Positions 1 to 9,300 of a stretch of DNA of 56,180 bases are shown here, in pieces. A program made the position numbers and the translations under genes. Position 1 is the first letter of the stretch, and each line of letters begins with the position of its first letter. The notes below the pieces were generated by a model. It searched no databases and had not been told where the DNA came from. It was given only the letters and a program-made list of their open reading frames with translations. Source of the stretch: a virus (Duplodnaviria; Caudoviricetes); IMG/VR virus record IMGVR_UViG_3300028595_000015, positions 1-56,180 of that record. The stretch is one strand, 5' to 3'.

Positions 1-6
1 CCTAAA

Positions 7-24
7 AATTCCCCCGGGGGAATT
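7..24. repeat. Perfect 18-bp GC-rich palindrome AATTCCCCCGGGGGAATT at the left end; candidate cos/terminase-binding element
   Basis: Palindrome read directly; it lies at the window edge upstream of the packaging genes. Confidence 0.6.
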
Positions 25-39
25 ATCGATGAGATGTTT

Positions 40-157
40 TTAAGTATCTACCCAGATATATATGTATCTAGCGCACCTGGGATTTTCTTTCTAAGTTCTC
101 CTTACCTTCTATATTTTTAAATGCGTAAAAGTGCTATATATCTGGTTAGATACTTAA
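40..157. repeat. 23-bp inverted repeat (40-62 / 135-157, one mismatch)
   Basis: TTAAGTATCTACCCAGATATATA versus TATATATCTGGTTAGATACTTAA. Confidence 0.85.
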
Positions 158-184
158 CTATATTACATTGAAAGGAGGGTTAAT

Positions 185-523
185 GTGTCAACAAGTAAAC
201 AAAAAGTAATAAGAACTAATGGTAAAAATATTAGGCCAGCTCTTTCTCCAGAAGCAGAAGAGCAAAAAATGATATCTCTTGCCGTTGACTTAGCAAAAAG
301 ACAGTTAATTGATGGCACGGCCTCCTCACAAGTCATAACACACTATTTACAATTAGGTTCTAGCAAGAAAAAATTGGAAATGGAAAAAATGGAAATAGAA
401 AAACAATTATTAGAAGCAAAAACGAAATCGTATCAGTCTGGCGAGAATGTTGAAAAACTTTACAACGAAGCAATAAAAGCTTTTACTTCTTACTCAGGCA
501 CAATGGATAAAGATTATGAATAG
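185..523 (+). CDS. Phage protein, possible terminase small subunit
   Basis: SD AAAGGAGG, GTG start, helical 112 aa, first gene of the packaging module; function inferred from position only. Confidence 0.45.
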   Translation: MSTSKQKVIRTNGKNIRPALSPEAEEQKMISLAVDLAKRQLIDGTASSQVITHYLQLGSSKKKLEMEKMEIEKQLLEAKTKSYQSGENVEKLYNEAIKAFTSYSGTMDKDYE

Positions 524-944
524 TGGATATTTGCGAACTTACTCTGAACTTTGTACATTGAACTCATATGATGAGCGTTTTGAATATTTGTTGTTAAATG
601 GGAGAGTTGGAGCAGAAACATTTGGATTTGATAGATATCTAAATCAAAAACTATATAAATCAAAAGAATGGCAAAGAGTTAGAAACCATGTAATAATGAG
701 AGATATGGGTTGCGACTTAGGTTTGGAGGGTTATGATATTTTTGGAACAATATATGTTCATCATATGAACCCAATAGGACCAGACGAAATATTAAATGAT
801 CCAGAGTATGTTTTAAATCCAGAATACTTAATATGTGTTACAATGGATACCCATAATGCCATACACTATGGTGATGGGTCTCATTTAAATAGGATGAAGG
901 TCATAGTTAGAAAACCAAATGATCATTGTCCTTGGAAAAAATAA
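516..944 (+). CDS. HNH endonuclease (packaging-associated)
   Basis: W..VR..V..RD.GC, VHHMNP, LICV...HNAIH motifs. Confidence 0.85.
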   Translation: MNSGYLRTYSELCTLNSYDERFEYLLLNGRVGAETFGFDRYLNQKLYKSKEWQRVRNHVIMRDMGCDLGLEGYDIFGTIYVHHMNPIGPDEILNDPEYVLNPEYLICVTMDTHNAIHYGDGSHLNRMKVIVRKPNDHCPWKK

Positions 945-958
945 TAAGGAGAGATAAA

Positions 959-1384
959 ATGCCAAAAAGTAAATCATCTACGAAAAAGAAAGTAGAAAAA
1001 GAAGAAGTATTAGAAGAAGTAGTAGAAGAAGTAGAAGAAGAAGTAGTGGAGTCAGAAGTAGCAGAAGAAGTTGTTGAATTAGAAGGCGGACCAATCGAGG
1101 AGGTTTTTGAAAAAGCACCACACGAAGACGTTGCGCCAGACCCAAAACCTATTAAGAAAAAGGCATTGGGAAAAGTAAGTGGTGTTGTCTTTAATTGCAA
1201 CGCACTAAGACTAAGAGAAGGTGCAAATCTTAAAACAGGAACAATGGCTATCATGGAAAATGGGTCTAAGGTAGTTGTTGATTTAGACAATTCAACAGAG
1301 TCTTTCTATGAGGTTACGTATAACTCAAGTGGTCAAGAGTTGATTGGATATGCCCTTAAAAAGTATATTGAAGTAGTAGGTTAA
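959..1384 (+). CDS. Protein with an acidic low-complexity N-terminus and a C-terminal SH3b-like domain
   Basis: EEVVEE tract, then ALRLREGAN...GSKVVV...FYEV...GYALKKYI; start moved to ATG 959 after SD AAGGAG. Confidence 0.65.
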   Translation: MPKSKSSTKKKVEKEEVLEEVVEEVEEEVVESEVAEEVVELEGGPIEEVFEKAPHEDVAPDPKPIKKKALGKVSGVVFNCNALRLREGANLKTGTMAIMENGSKVVVDLDNSTESFYEVTYNSSGQELIGYALKKYIEVVG

Positions 1385-1388
1385 GATC

Positions 1389-1793
1389 ATGGCAGTTCCT
1401 ATCGTAGGCAACGACGACTCTATCTTAGTACAAGTTAAAAAAATATTAGGAATGAATGAGGCGTATACGGCTTTCGATATCGATATAACATTGCACATAA
1501 ATACAGTTCTTAGCAACCTAACTCAAATGGGGGTTATAAAGGAATCAGGATTTATGGTAACTGGTGTTGATGAAAAATGGTCCGACTTAGGTTTGACAAG
1601 TATTATTAAAACACAACAAATAAAATCTTACATACCTTTAAAAGTAAGGATGATGTTTGACCCACCAACAAATGCTAATGTTAAAAAAGCCATCGACGAG
1701 TCTATAGAAGAGATTGAATTTCGACTATTCGTTGAAGAGGAAAATAATAGATACGATAGCCTTATAGTATCAGAAGAGGAGGAATCGTCATGA
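1389..1793 (+). CDS. Putative head-tail adaptor/connector
   Basis: SIL..VKKILG...FDIDI..HIN..L..L.Q.G and Y..LKV...FDPP pattern typical of gp6/gp15-like connectors. Confidence 0.55.
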   Translation: MAVPIVGNDDSILVQVKKILGMNEAYTAFDIDITLHINTVLSNLTQMGVIKESGFMVTGVDEKWSDLGLTSIIKTQQIKSYIPLKVRMMFDPPTNANVKKAIDESIEEIEFRLFVEEENNRYDSLIVSEEEESS

Positions 1794-2332
1794 TAAAAAA
1801 ATATATTGCGCATAGTGATTTATCTCATGCTGGTATAAAAGGTCAAAAATGGGGAATTCGCCGATATCAAAACGAGGATGGTAGTTTAACCGAAGAGGGT
1901 AAATTACGATATGGTAAAGGCGGAACTCATGAAAAGATAACAACTATCGAAAAAGATTACCATAATGTTAGTACAAAAGCTGCTAAAGAAGGTTTAAAAG
2001 GAGTTTCTGATGCTTCAAAAACTGCTGATAATGCCCTTAGAACAATCGGTACTAATAAATCAAAAGCTGTTAATTATAAAGACTATAGTAAAATTAGTGA
2101 TTCAGAACTAAGAGCAAGAATCAATAGATTGAATATGGAGAGAAGCTACGGCGAATTAACAGGAGATACTAAAAGAGTTAGAACTGGTCAAGACTGGACA
2201 AGAGAAGTGCTTCAAACTGTTGGGGCTGTTGCTGGTATAGGGGCTACTATTGCAGGAACCGCATATACAATTAGTCAACTTAAAATGCCTGGTTTAGATC
2301 CAAGTAAGAAAAAAGGAGGTAAGTCTAAATGA
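1790..2332 (+). CDS. HGIKGQKWG-motif protein 1 (putative internal virion/ejected protein)
   Basis: N-terminal IAHSDLSHAGIKGQKWGIRRYQNEDGSLT; C-terminal Gly/Ala hydrophobic helix. Confidence 0.7.
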   Translation: MIKKYIAHSDLSHAGIKGQKWGIRRYQNEDGSLTEEGKLRYGKGGTHEKITTIEKDYHNVSTKAAKEGLKGVSDASKTADNALRTIGTNKSKAVNYKDYSKISDSELRARINRLNMERSYGELTGDTKRVRTGQDWTREVLQTVGAVAGIGATIAGTAYTISQLKMPGLDPSKKKGGKSK

Positions 2333-2802
2333 TAAAAAAATATATTACTCATGGCGATTTATCACACCACGGTATAAAAGGTCAAAAATGGGGAGTTCGC
2401 CGTTATCAAAATAACGACGGTAGTTTAACAACTAGAGGTCGCGCAAGATATAATGTTAACGAGGATGGTACTGTTAGGCTTAAAAAGAGTTATAGAACCC
2501 GAAAAAACGTTGTTGGGGGTATTAAAACAGTTGCTGGATTAAACAATATTGTTAAAGGTATCTCTGGGATAAGAGCTGCTAAGAAAGTTGGAATCAAAGG
2601 TGATGATGCCAAAAAATTTATGACCAAAAATGTAACATCAATGTTGATAGGGTCTATAGTTGTTGGGTCTGGGGTTAAGAATTTTGTACAAGCCAATAGA
2701 AGAGTTACATTTAATTCCACTGGGATGGGCGATAGTCCTGAGACATTTGTTGGCAAACCTAAAACGAGAAAACAAGTTTTACAGTATCAACAAAGATTGT
2801 AA
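2329..2802 (+). CDS. HGIKGQKWG-motif protein 2
   Basis: ITHGDLSHHGIKGQKWGVRRYQNNDGSLT; basic, with hydrophobic segments. Confidence 0.7.
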   Translation: MIKKYITHGDLSHHGIKGQKWGVRRYQNNDGSLTTRGRARYNVNEDGTVRLKKSYRTRKNVVGGIKTVAGLNNIVKGISGIRAAKKVGIKGDDAKKFMTKNVTSMLIGSIVVGSGVKNFVQANRRVTFNSTGMGDSPETFVGKPKTRKQVLQYQQRL

Positions 2803-2813
2803 GGTGAGATGAT

Positions 2814-4559
2814 ATGGCATTATCTAACACAGCCGTCCCAAAGTATTATGGTGAATTTAGAGATGCCGTACTAAGAGGTGATTTGCCTGTTTGTAGGGAA
2901 ATCTCTATGGAAATGAATAGAATAGATGATCTTATAAAAAATCCAGGAGTTTATTATGATGATTTAGCTATAAATGGTTTTATACTATATAGCGAAAAAG
3001 AGTTAACACTTACAGATGGTTCTGATTTGAAACTACTAGACAGTTTTAAATTATGGGCAGAGCAAGCTTTATCTTGGTTTTACTATGTAGAAAGATCCAT
3101 ATACGTAAAAGATAAAAACTCAAAAAGAGGTCATTATGAAAAACGAATGATTAAAAAAAGATTAACGAATAAACAGTATTTAATAGTTGCCAGGGGTGCT
3201 GCCAAATCTATGTATGCGTCATTATTACAAAGCTATATGCTTAATATAGATCCGCACACAACTTATCAGATAACTACCGCCCCAACAATGAAACAAGCAG
3301 AGGAAGTAATGTCTCCTATAAGAACTTCGATAATAAGGTCAAGAGGACCTCTTTTTAAGTTTTTAACAGAGGGGTCGTTACAAAACACTACTGGGTCAAA
3401 AGCTAATCGTGTAAAATTAGCGTCTACAAAGAAAGGGATTGAAAATTTCTTAACAGGTTCCTCGTTGGAGATTAGACCAATGAGGATAGACAAATTACAA
3501 GGTTTAAGGTGTAAGATGGCTACTGTTGATGAATGGCTTTCTGGTGATGTTAGAGAAGACGTTGTTGGAGCAATAGAACAAGGAGCTTCTAAAGTTGACG
3601 ATTATTTAATAGTTGCGGTTTCTTCAGAAGGTACTGTTAGGAATGGTTCAGGGGACACAATCAAAATGGAATTATTAGACATATTAAAAGGCGAATATGT
3701 TGCGCCGCATGTTTCTATATTCTATTATAGATTGGATAGCGTTGATGAAGTTGCGGATCCAGATATGTGGGTAAAAGCAAATCCAAATATAGGTATAACC
3801 GTATCTTATGAGTCATATCAACTAGATGTAGAAAGGGCTGAAAAAGCTCCTGCGGTTAGAAACGATATATTGGCAAAAAGATTTGGAATACCAATGGAGG
3901 GGTTTACATATTTCTTCACATACGAGGAAACAATCCCGCATAATAGAAAAAGTTTTTGGAATATGCCATGTGCTTTGGGTGTAGACCTATCACAAGGTGA
4001 TGACTTCTGTGCATTCACATTTCTATTCCCTCTTCCAAACGGAAGTTTTGGGATAAAAACTAGAAGCTACATTACTGAATACACCATGATGAAATTACCA
4101 ACGGCCATGAAAATAAAGTATAACGAATTTATTCAAGAAGGTTCTTTAATGGTTATGGTTGGTAATATACTAGACATGCATGAAGTATATGAGGATTTAG
4201 ATGCGTTTATAATAAAAGAAGAATATGATGTTAGATGTATGGGTTTTGATCCTTATAATGCGAAGGAGTTTGTTGAATGGTGGCAGACAGAAAACGGTCC
4301 TTATGGGATAGTTAAAGTAATACAAGGTGCAAAAACAGAGACAGTTCCATTGGGTGAATTGAAAAAACTCGCTGAACAGAGAGCTTTATTGTTCGATGAA
4401 CAATTAATGATGTTCGCTATGGGTAATGCTATAACTTTGGAAGACACTAATGGGAACCGAAAACTTTATAAAAAAAGAAGAGAAGCAAAAATAGATAACG
4501 TAGCAGCCTTAGTGGATGCATTTATTGCGTTTAAACAGAATAAGGAGGCGTTCGAATGA
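2814..4559 (+). CDS. terL: Terminase large subunit
   Basis: Walker A VARGAAKS, Walker B ATVDEW, WVKANPN, nuclease GVDLS, FDPYNA, KIDNVAAL. Confidence 0.95.
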   Translation: MALSNTAVPKYYGEFRDAVLRGDLPVCREISMEMNRIDDLIKNPGVYYDDLAINGFILYSEKELTLTDGSDLKLLDSFKLWAEQALSWFYYVERSIYVKDKNSKRGHYEKRMIKKRLTNKQYLIVARGAAKSMYASLLQSYMLNIDPHTTYQITTAPTMKQAEEVMSPIRTSIIRSRGPLFKFLTEGSLQNTTGSKANRVKLASTKKGIENFLTGSSLEIRPMRIDKLQGLRCKMATVDEWLSGDVREDVVGAIEQGASKVDDYLIVAVSSEGTVRNGSGDTIKMELLDILKGEYVAPHVSIFYYRLDSVDEVADPDMWVKANPNIGITVSYESYQLDVERAEKAPAVRNDILAKRFGIPMEGFTYFFTYEETIPHNRKSFWNMPCALGVDLSQGDDFCAFTFLFPLPNGSFGIKTRSYITEYTMMKLPTAMKIKYNEFIQEGSLMVMVGNILDMHEVYEDLDAFIIKEEYDVRCMGFDPYNAKEFVEWWQTENGPYGIVKVIQGAKTETVPLGELKKLAEQRALLFDEQLMMFAMGNAITLEDTNGNRKLYKKRREAKIDNVAALVDAFIAFKQNKEAFE

Positions 4560-4560
4560 T

Positions 4561-5049
4561 ATGAATAAATATTACATAGCGCATCATGGTATTAAAGGCC
4601 AGAAATGGGGTTTAAGAAGATATCAAAACCCTGATGGGTCGTTGACACCGGAGGGTTTTAAACGTTATGGAACTGTCGAAAATATGGAACGCTCTAGAGA
4701 TAGAAATAAAAAGATTGCTATTGGGGTTGGTGTTGCTGGCGCAGTAGCGGGGGTAGGTTATCTCGCGGTTAAAAACAGTAAACAAAAATCGAAAATAGAG
4801 TCTTATAAGAAAGCGGACCAGGCAAGAGAAGCTAAAAAAGCTGCCGCAAATGCTAAAAGAGCGGCTACTATAGCCTCTAAAAAAGCAAACGGTACTTGGC
4901 GAACAACTAAAAAAATAAGTATACCAAAGGGGTCTGATGTATCTTTAACTACATTTTTTAGAGATAGAGATGGGCTTAGGACTGATATCATCAAAGACGT
5001 AAAAGAGTATTTGAACGTTTTAGGTGGAACAGTTAAGGCAGGAGGGTAA
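4561..5049 (+). CDS. HGIKGQKWG-motif protein 3
   Basis: IAHHGIKGQKWGLRRYQNPDGSLT; TM-like IAIGVGVAGAVAGVGYLAV; start moved to ATG 4561 after SD AAGGAGG. Confidence 0.7.
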   Translation: MNKYYIAHHGIKGQKWGLRRYQNPDGSLTPEGFKRYGTVENMERSRDRNKKIAIGVGVAGAVAGVGYLAVKNSKQKSKIESYKKADQAREAKKAAANAKRAATIASKKANGTWRTTKKISIPKGSDVSLTTFFRDRDGLRTDIIKDVKEYLNVLGGTVKAGG

Positions 5050-5054
5050 TTAAT

Positions 5055-5540
5055 ATGATAAAAACATATATAGCCCACCACGGTATAAAAGGTCAAAAAT
5101 GGGGAATTCGTCGATATCAAAACGAGGATGGTAGTTTAACACCAGCGGGAGTTCGGCGATATCAACGCCTTGACGAACGGTGGGTTAATAAAAAATCCGA
5201 CAAGATATACAAGAAAGCAATTAAAGAATCTAAACCAGAGATGAGAGAATTTGTTAAAGAACTTCAAAAAAATCATCCCACTGCCGGTAAGAGAACCATG
5301 TATAATATGTATAATAAAAAACTAGCAGAAGTGATGAGAACAAAAACAAAAGATATCGAATCGCCGTCTGGAAAAGTAATCGAATGGGTTGCCAAGAGAG
5401 GAACAATAGGCGTGCATATGGCGTTGGCTGATAGAGGATACGATATTAATAATCTTAAGAATGGTGTTTGGGCTGATGGTAGAATAGCCTATAGAGAAAA
5501 CAAAGTTGACATGCAAAATTCAGGAAGGGACGGTAGGTAA
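5055..5540 (+). CDS. HGIKGQKWG-motif protein 4
   Basis: IAHHGIKGQKWGIRRYQNEDGSLT; basic. Confidence 0.7.
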   Translation: MIKTYIAHHGIKGQKWGIRRYQNEDGSLTPAGVRRYQRLDERWVNKKSDKIYKKAIKESKPEMREFVKELQKNHPTAGKRTMYNMYNKKLAEVMRTKTKDIESPSGKVIEWVAKRGTIGVHMALADRGYDINNLKNGVWADGRIAYRENKVDMQNSGRDGR

Positions 5541-5542
5541 AC

Positions 5543-6823
5543 ATGGGAATGATTGATAGATTAAAACACGCTTGGAATTCCTTTGTTAATGAGGAAAGCA
5601 ATCCTAAAATATTCACTCAAAATTTAGGATATTCAACGTCCTACAGACCTGATAGAAGAACATTTACAAGAGGAAACGAGAAATCTATAGTTACGTCAGT
5701 ATATAATAGAATAGCAATAGATTGTTCAACAATGCCTATAAAACATGTTAAATTGGATGATAACGACAGGTATGATAAATTAATAAAATCTAATTTGAAT
5801 TCCTGTTTGACGTTAGAAGCCAATAAAGATCAACATGCTAGAGCATTTATGCAAGATATAGTTATTTCTTTATTTGATGAAGGGGTTGTTGCTGTAGTCC
5901 CCGTTGACACAAGTGTTAGTATAGAAAAAGGGTCTTTCGATATACATAGTATGAGAACTGGTAAGATAATACAATGGTATCCAGATCATGTTAAGGTTGA
6001 AGTGTATAATGATCGTGAAGGTGTAAAACAAAATTTAACACTACCTAAGAATCGAGTTGCTATTATAGAGAATCCATACTATGCTATAATGAATGAGAAA
6101 AACTCAGTATTACAACGTTTAATAACTAAATTGAATTTGCTGGATACGATAGATAATCAATCAGGGTCCGGTAAGTTAGATTTAATTATACAGTTACCAT
6201 ACGCTATAAAAAGTGAGGCTAGGGAAAAACAAGCCGATCTAAGAAAACAGCGTTTGGAACAACAATTAGCGGACTCTAAATACGGTATTGCATATACCGA
6301 TGGTTCAGAGAAGATAACACAACTTAATCGTCCCGTAGATAACAATTTATTAAAGCAAGTCGAATACTTAACGAGTATGCTGTATAGCCAGTTAGGAATA
6401 AGTAATGCGATATTAAATGGTACTGCGAGCGAGACAGAAATGTTAAATTATCTGCACGGTACTGTAGAACCTATTTTATCCGCGATAATTCTTGAGTTCA
6501 ATAGAAAGTTTTTAACAAAAACTGCAAGAACGCAAGGTCAAACATTAAAATACTTTAACGATCCTTTTAGGTTAGTTACAGTTGCTAATTTGGCAGAAGT
6601 TGCGGATAAGTTCACAAGAAATGAGATAATGACATCAAATGAAATCAGACAAATCATAGGTTTAAAACCTGTAAATAATCCTGACGCAGATTCTCTTAGA
6701 AATAAGAATCTTAACAAGGAAAAAGATTCTGGTGATATTAAAAAAGATGGTGAATTTATCAAAGAGAAACAAGTAGAAGAATCAAATTCTGATACTGGAA
6801 ATGGAGAAATTCAAAATGGATAA
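5543..6823 (+). CDS. Portal protein (HK97-like)
   Basis: 426 aa between terL and the protease; V.SVYNRIA, C-terminal IMTSNEIRQIIGLKP. Confidence 0.9.
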   Translation: MGMIDRLKHAWNSFVNEESNPKIFTQNLGYSTSYRPDRRTFTRGNEKSIVTSVYNRIAIDCSTMPIKHVKLDDNDRYDKLIKSNLNSCLTLEANKDQHARAFMQDIVISLFDEGVVAVVPVDTSVSIEKGSFDIHSMRTGKIIQWYPDHVKVEVYNDREGVKQNLTLPKNRVAIIENPYYAIMNEKNSVLQRLITKLNLLDTIDNQSGSGKLDLIIQLPYAIKSEAREKQADLRKQRLEQQLADSKYGIAYTDGSEKITQLNRPVDNNLLKQVEYLTSMLYSQLGISNAILNGTASETEMLNYLHGTVEPILSAIILEFNRKFLTKTARTQGQTLKYFNDPFRLVTVANLAEVADKFTRNEIMTSNEIRQIIGLKPVNNPDADSLRNKNLNKEKDSGDIKKDGEFIKEKQVEESNSDTGNGEIQNG

Positions 6824-8630
6824 TTATGATTTTAAAGGTTGGGCTACTAGACATAATGTTCTATGTAGTGATGGACGTGTTATTAAACCGAACGCGTTCA
6901 AACATAACGACCAACAAACAGTGCCATTAGTTTGGAACCATAACCACAAAGATGCTGATAATGTATTAGGACATGCATTTCTTGAGTATCGTGATGAAGG
7001 TGTTTATGCTTACGGAAAGTTTAATAACACAAGTCAAGGTATGAATGCTAAAGAGTTAGTTAGAAATGGTGATATAACTGCCTTATCTATCTACGCTAAT
7101 AAGCTAAAAGAAGAGTCTAAAAATGTTCTTCACGGAGATATCAGGGAAGTAAGTCTTGTTTTAGCAGGAGCAAACCCTGGAGCGCATATCGTGGATGTAT
7201 TGGCACATGGTGATGATGGCGAAGTAACAGGAGCCGTTATTTGGTTTGAAGAACTTGGAATGAATGATTTATTATCTCATTCCGATGACGACCCTAAGGA
7301 CGACCCTAAGGACGACCCTAAGGACGACCCTAAGGATGACCCTAAGGATGACCCTAAGGATGACCCTAAGGATGACCCTAAGGATGATCCTAAGGATGAC
7401 CCTGATATTAAACATTCTGAGGAGGATAAAAATATGGGCGACAAAGATAAAAAAGTCGAGGAAAAAACAATTCAAGAAGTATTTGACACATTAAACGAAG
7501 AGCAAAAAACAATGGTGTATGCTTTATTAGCAATCGCACAAGATGAAGGAGAGAAAAAAGACATGAAACAAAACGCATTTGAAAAAGACATCGATGTCAA
7601 AGATGAAAATGTATTAACACATGCAGAATTCGAAGCTGCTTTCGCTGACGCGAAAAAAAATGGTTCTATTAGAGATGCTTTCTTAGCACATGGAATCACT
7701 GATGTAGATGTATTATTCCCAGAAGCACAAGCCTTAAATAAAGAACCAGAACTTATTAAAAGAAACGATGGTTGGGTATCTAGAGTAATTAACGCTGTTT
7801 CAAAATCACCATTCTCAAAAGTTAAAACTACAGGAGCTAACATTACTGCAGAAGAAGCAAGAGCAAAAGGTTATGTTAAAGGTGAACAAAAAGTAGAAGG
7901 TGTTATGGCTGCTTTAAAAAGAGTTACAAGCCCTACAACTGTCTATAAATTTGAAAAACTAGATCGTGACGATGTTTTAGACATTGTTGATTTCGACGTA
8001 GTTGTTTATATGAAAAAAGTTATGCGTACTTTATTAGATGAAGAGTTAGCTAGAGCATTCTTAATTGGTGATGGTCGTAGCGCTATTGATGAAAATAAAG
8101 TTAACCCATTAAACATCCGTCCAATTTGGGGAGATAATGCTGTTTATACTGTTAATAGAGTATTAGTACCTACAGAAGGTGCTTCAGCAGCAGTTAAAGC
8201 AAAACAATTCATTCAAGATATGATTCGCGCACGTAAGTTATATAAAGGTTCTGGTAATCCAAGCCTATATACAACTGAAGACGAACTAGTTGAAATGTTA
8301 TTGTTAGAAGACACAAATGGTAGAGTAATTTATGACACTGTTGATAAATTAAAAACTGCTCTTCGTGTTAAAGAGATTATTACAGTAACACCAATGGAAG
8401 GTGTAAATAGAGTTGATGGTGACGATCAATATGACTTATGTGGAATTATTGTAAACTTAGCGGATTACAATGTAGGTGCTGATAAAGGTGGACAAACTAC
8501 AATGTTTGAAGACTTCGATCTAAACTTCAATAAACATGAGTATTTAATTGAAACTCGTGTATCTGGAGCTCTTAAAATTCCTTATTCTGCTCTTACATTT
8601 GAACGTAAAGGCGCAGTAGTAGCTGGATAA
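6816..8630 (+). CDS. Prohead protease - scaffold - major capsid protein fusion (HK97 fold)
   Basis: N-terminal FKGWA...VPLVWNH...LGHA...ALSIYA...IREVSLV..GANPGA (HK97-type protease); C-terminal capsid-like region ending YLIETRVSGAL; ATG 6816 follows GGAG. Confidence 0.9.
   Translation: MDNYDFKGWATRHNVLCSDGRVIKPNAFKHNDQQTVPLVWNHNHKDADNVLGHAFLEYRDEGVYAYGKFNNTSQGMNAKELVRNGDITALSIYANKLKEESKNVLHGDIREVSLVLAGANPGAHIVDVLAHGDDGEVTGAVIWFEELGMNDLLSHSDDDPKDDPKDDPKDDPKDDPKDDPKDDPKDDPKDDPKDDPDIKHSEEDKNMGDKDKKVEEKTIQEVFDTLNEEQKTMVYALLAIAQDEGEKKDMKQNAFEKDIDVKDENVLTHAEFEAAFADAKKNGSIRDAFLAHGITDVDVLFPEAQALNKEPELIKRNDGWVSRVINAVSKSPFSKVKTTGANITAEEARAKGYVKGEQKVEGVMAALKRVTSPTTVYKFEKLDRDDVLDIVDFDVVVYMKKVMRTLLDEELARAFLIGDGRSAIDENKVNPLNIRPIWGDNAVYTVNRVLVPTEGASAAVKAKQFIQDMIRARKLYKGSGNPSLYTTEDELVEMLLLEDTNGRVIYDTVDKLKTALRVKEIITVTPMEGVNRVDGDDQYDLCGIIVNLADYNVGADKGGQTTMFEDFDLNFNKHEYLIETRVSGALKIPYSALTFERKGAVVAG
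7287..7403 (+). repeat. 12-bp tandem repeat GA(C/T)GA(C/T)CCTAAG, 9 full units plus a partial one, encoding (DDPK)9-DDP
   Basis: Read directly; in frame within the protease-capsid linker. Confidence 0.97.
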
Positions 8631-8651
8631 TAGTTTAGGTAAACATTTACT

Positions 8652-8972
8652 ATGGGGAAATATTTCGGCAAAATAGGATATGGTGAAAGTGTTGAGACTG
8701 CCCCGGGTGCGTGGGAAATGCAATTCGTCGAAAAGGAAGTTTATGGAGACGTAATTAAAAACAAACGTACTTTAATCGATGCTGGTGACGTAAATGATGA
8801 TGTAAAAGTATCTATAAAGATTAGTTTTATAGCTGACCCGTTTGCCGTACAAAATTTCCTCTTAATAAAATACGCAACTTATATGGGTACTCTTTGGAAA
8901 GTAACTGACGTAGAAGAAGAGTATCCAAGGTTGCTGTTGACTTTAGGAGGACTGTATAATGATGAACGCTAG
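8652..8972 (+). CDS. Putative head closure/stopper protein
   Basis: Position after the capsid gene; beta-rich, with ISFIADPFA and G..WKV..VE..YPRL.L pattern. Confidence 0.6.
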   Translation: MGKYFGKIGYGESVETAPGAWEMQFVEKEVYGDVIKNKRTLIDAGDVNDDVKVSIKISFIADPFAVQNFLLIKYATYMGTLWKVTDVEEEYPRLLLTLGGLYNDER

Positions 8973-9279
8973 CAGGCTGAAACTGCATGAGGAGCTAAAG
9001 GCTATCCTTGGAACTAACAACGTCTATTTTCAACCACCAGAGTCATTCAAAATGGTTTTACCTTGTATAGTATATACTAGGTCAAACATAAAAAACGAAC
9101 ATGCCGGGGATAATATTTACAAACAATCTTACATTTACGACGTCACTGTTCTTGATAAAAATCCGGATAGTGAAATAGTAGAAAGATTGTCAAAAAAGAA
9201 TTATGCTGTATACGAAAGACGATATGTTTTAAATAACATAGGTCATGATAAGTTTACAGTCACATATAATAAAAACTAA
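8959..9279 (+). CDS. Putative tail terminator/completion protein
   Basis: NVYFQPP...PCIVY motif; lies just before the major tail gene. Confidence 0.65.
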   Translation: MMNASRLKLHEELKAILGTNNVYFQPPESFKMVLPCIVYTRSNIKNEHAGDNIYKQSYIYDVTVLDKNPDSEIVERLSKKNYAVYERRYVLNNIGHDKFTVTYNKN

Positions 9280-9300
9280 TAAAAAAGGAGAAAAGATCTA

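Noticed and set aside
7264-7494. Alternative-frame ORFs with (RTTL)n / (RVIL)n repeats
   Set aside because: By-products of the 12-bp DDPK tandem repeat
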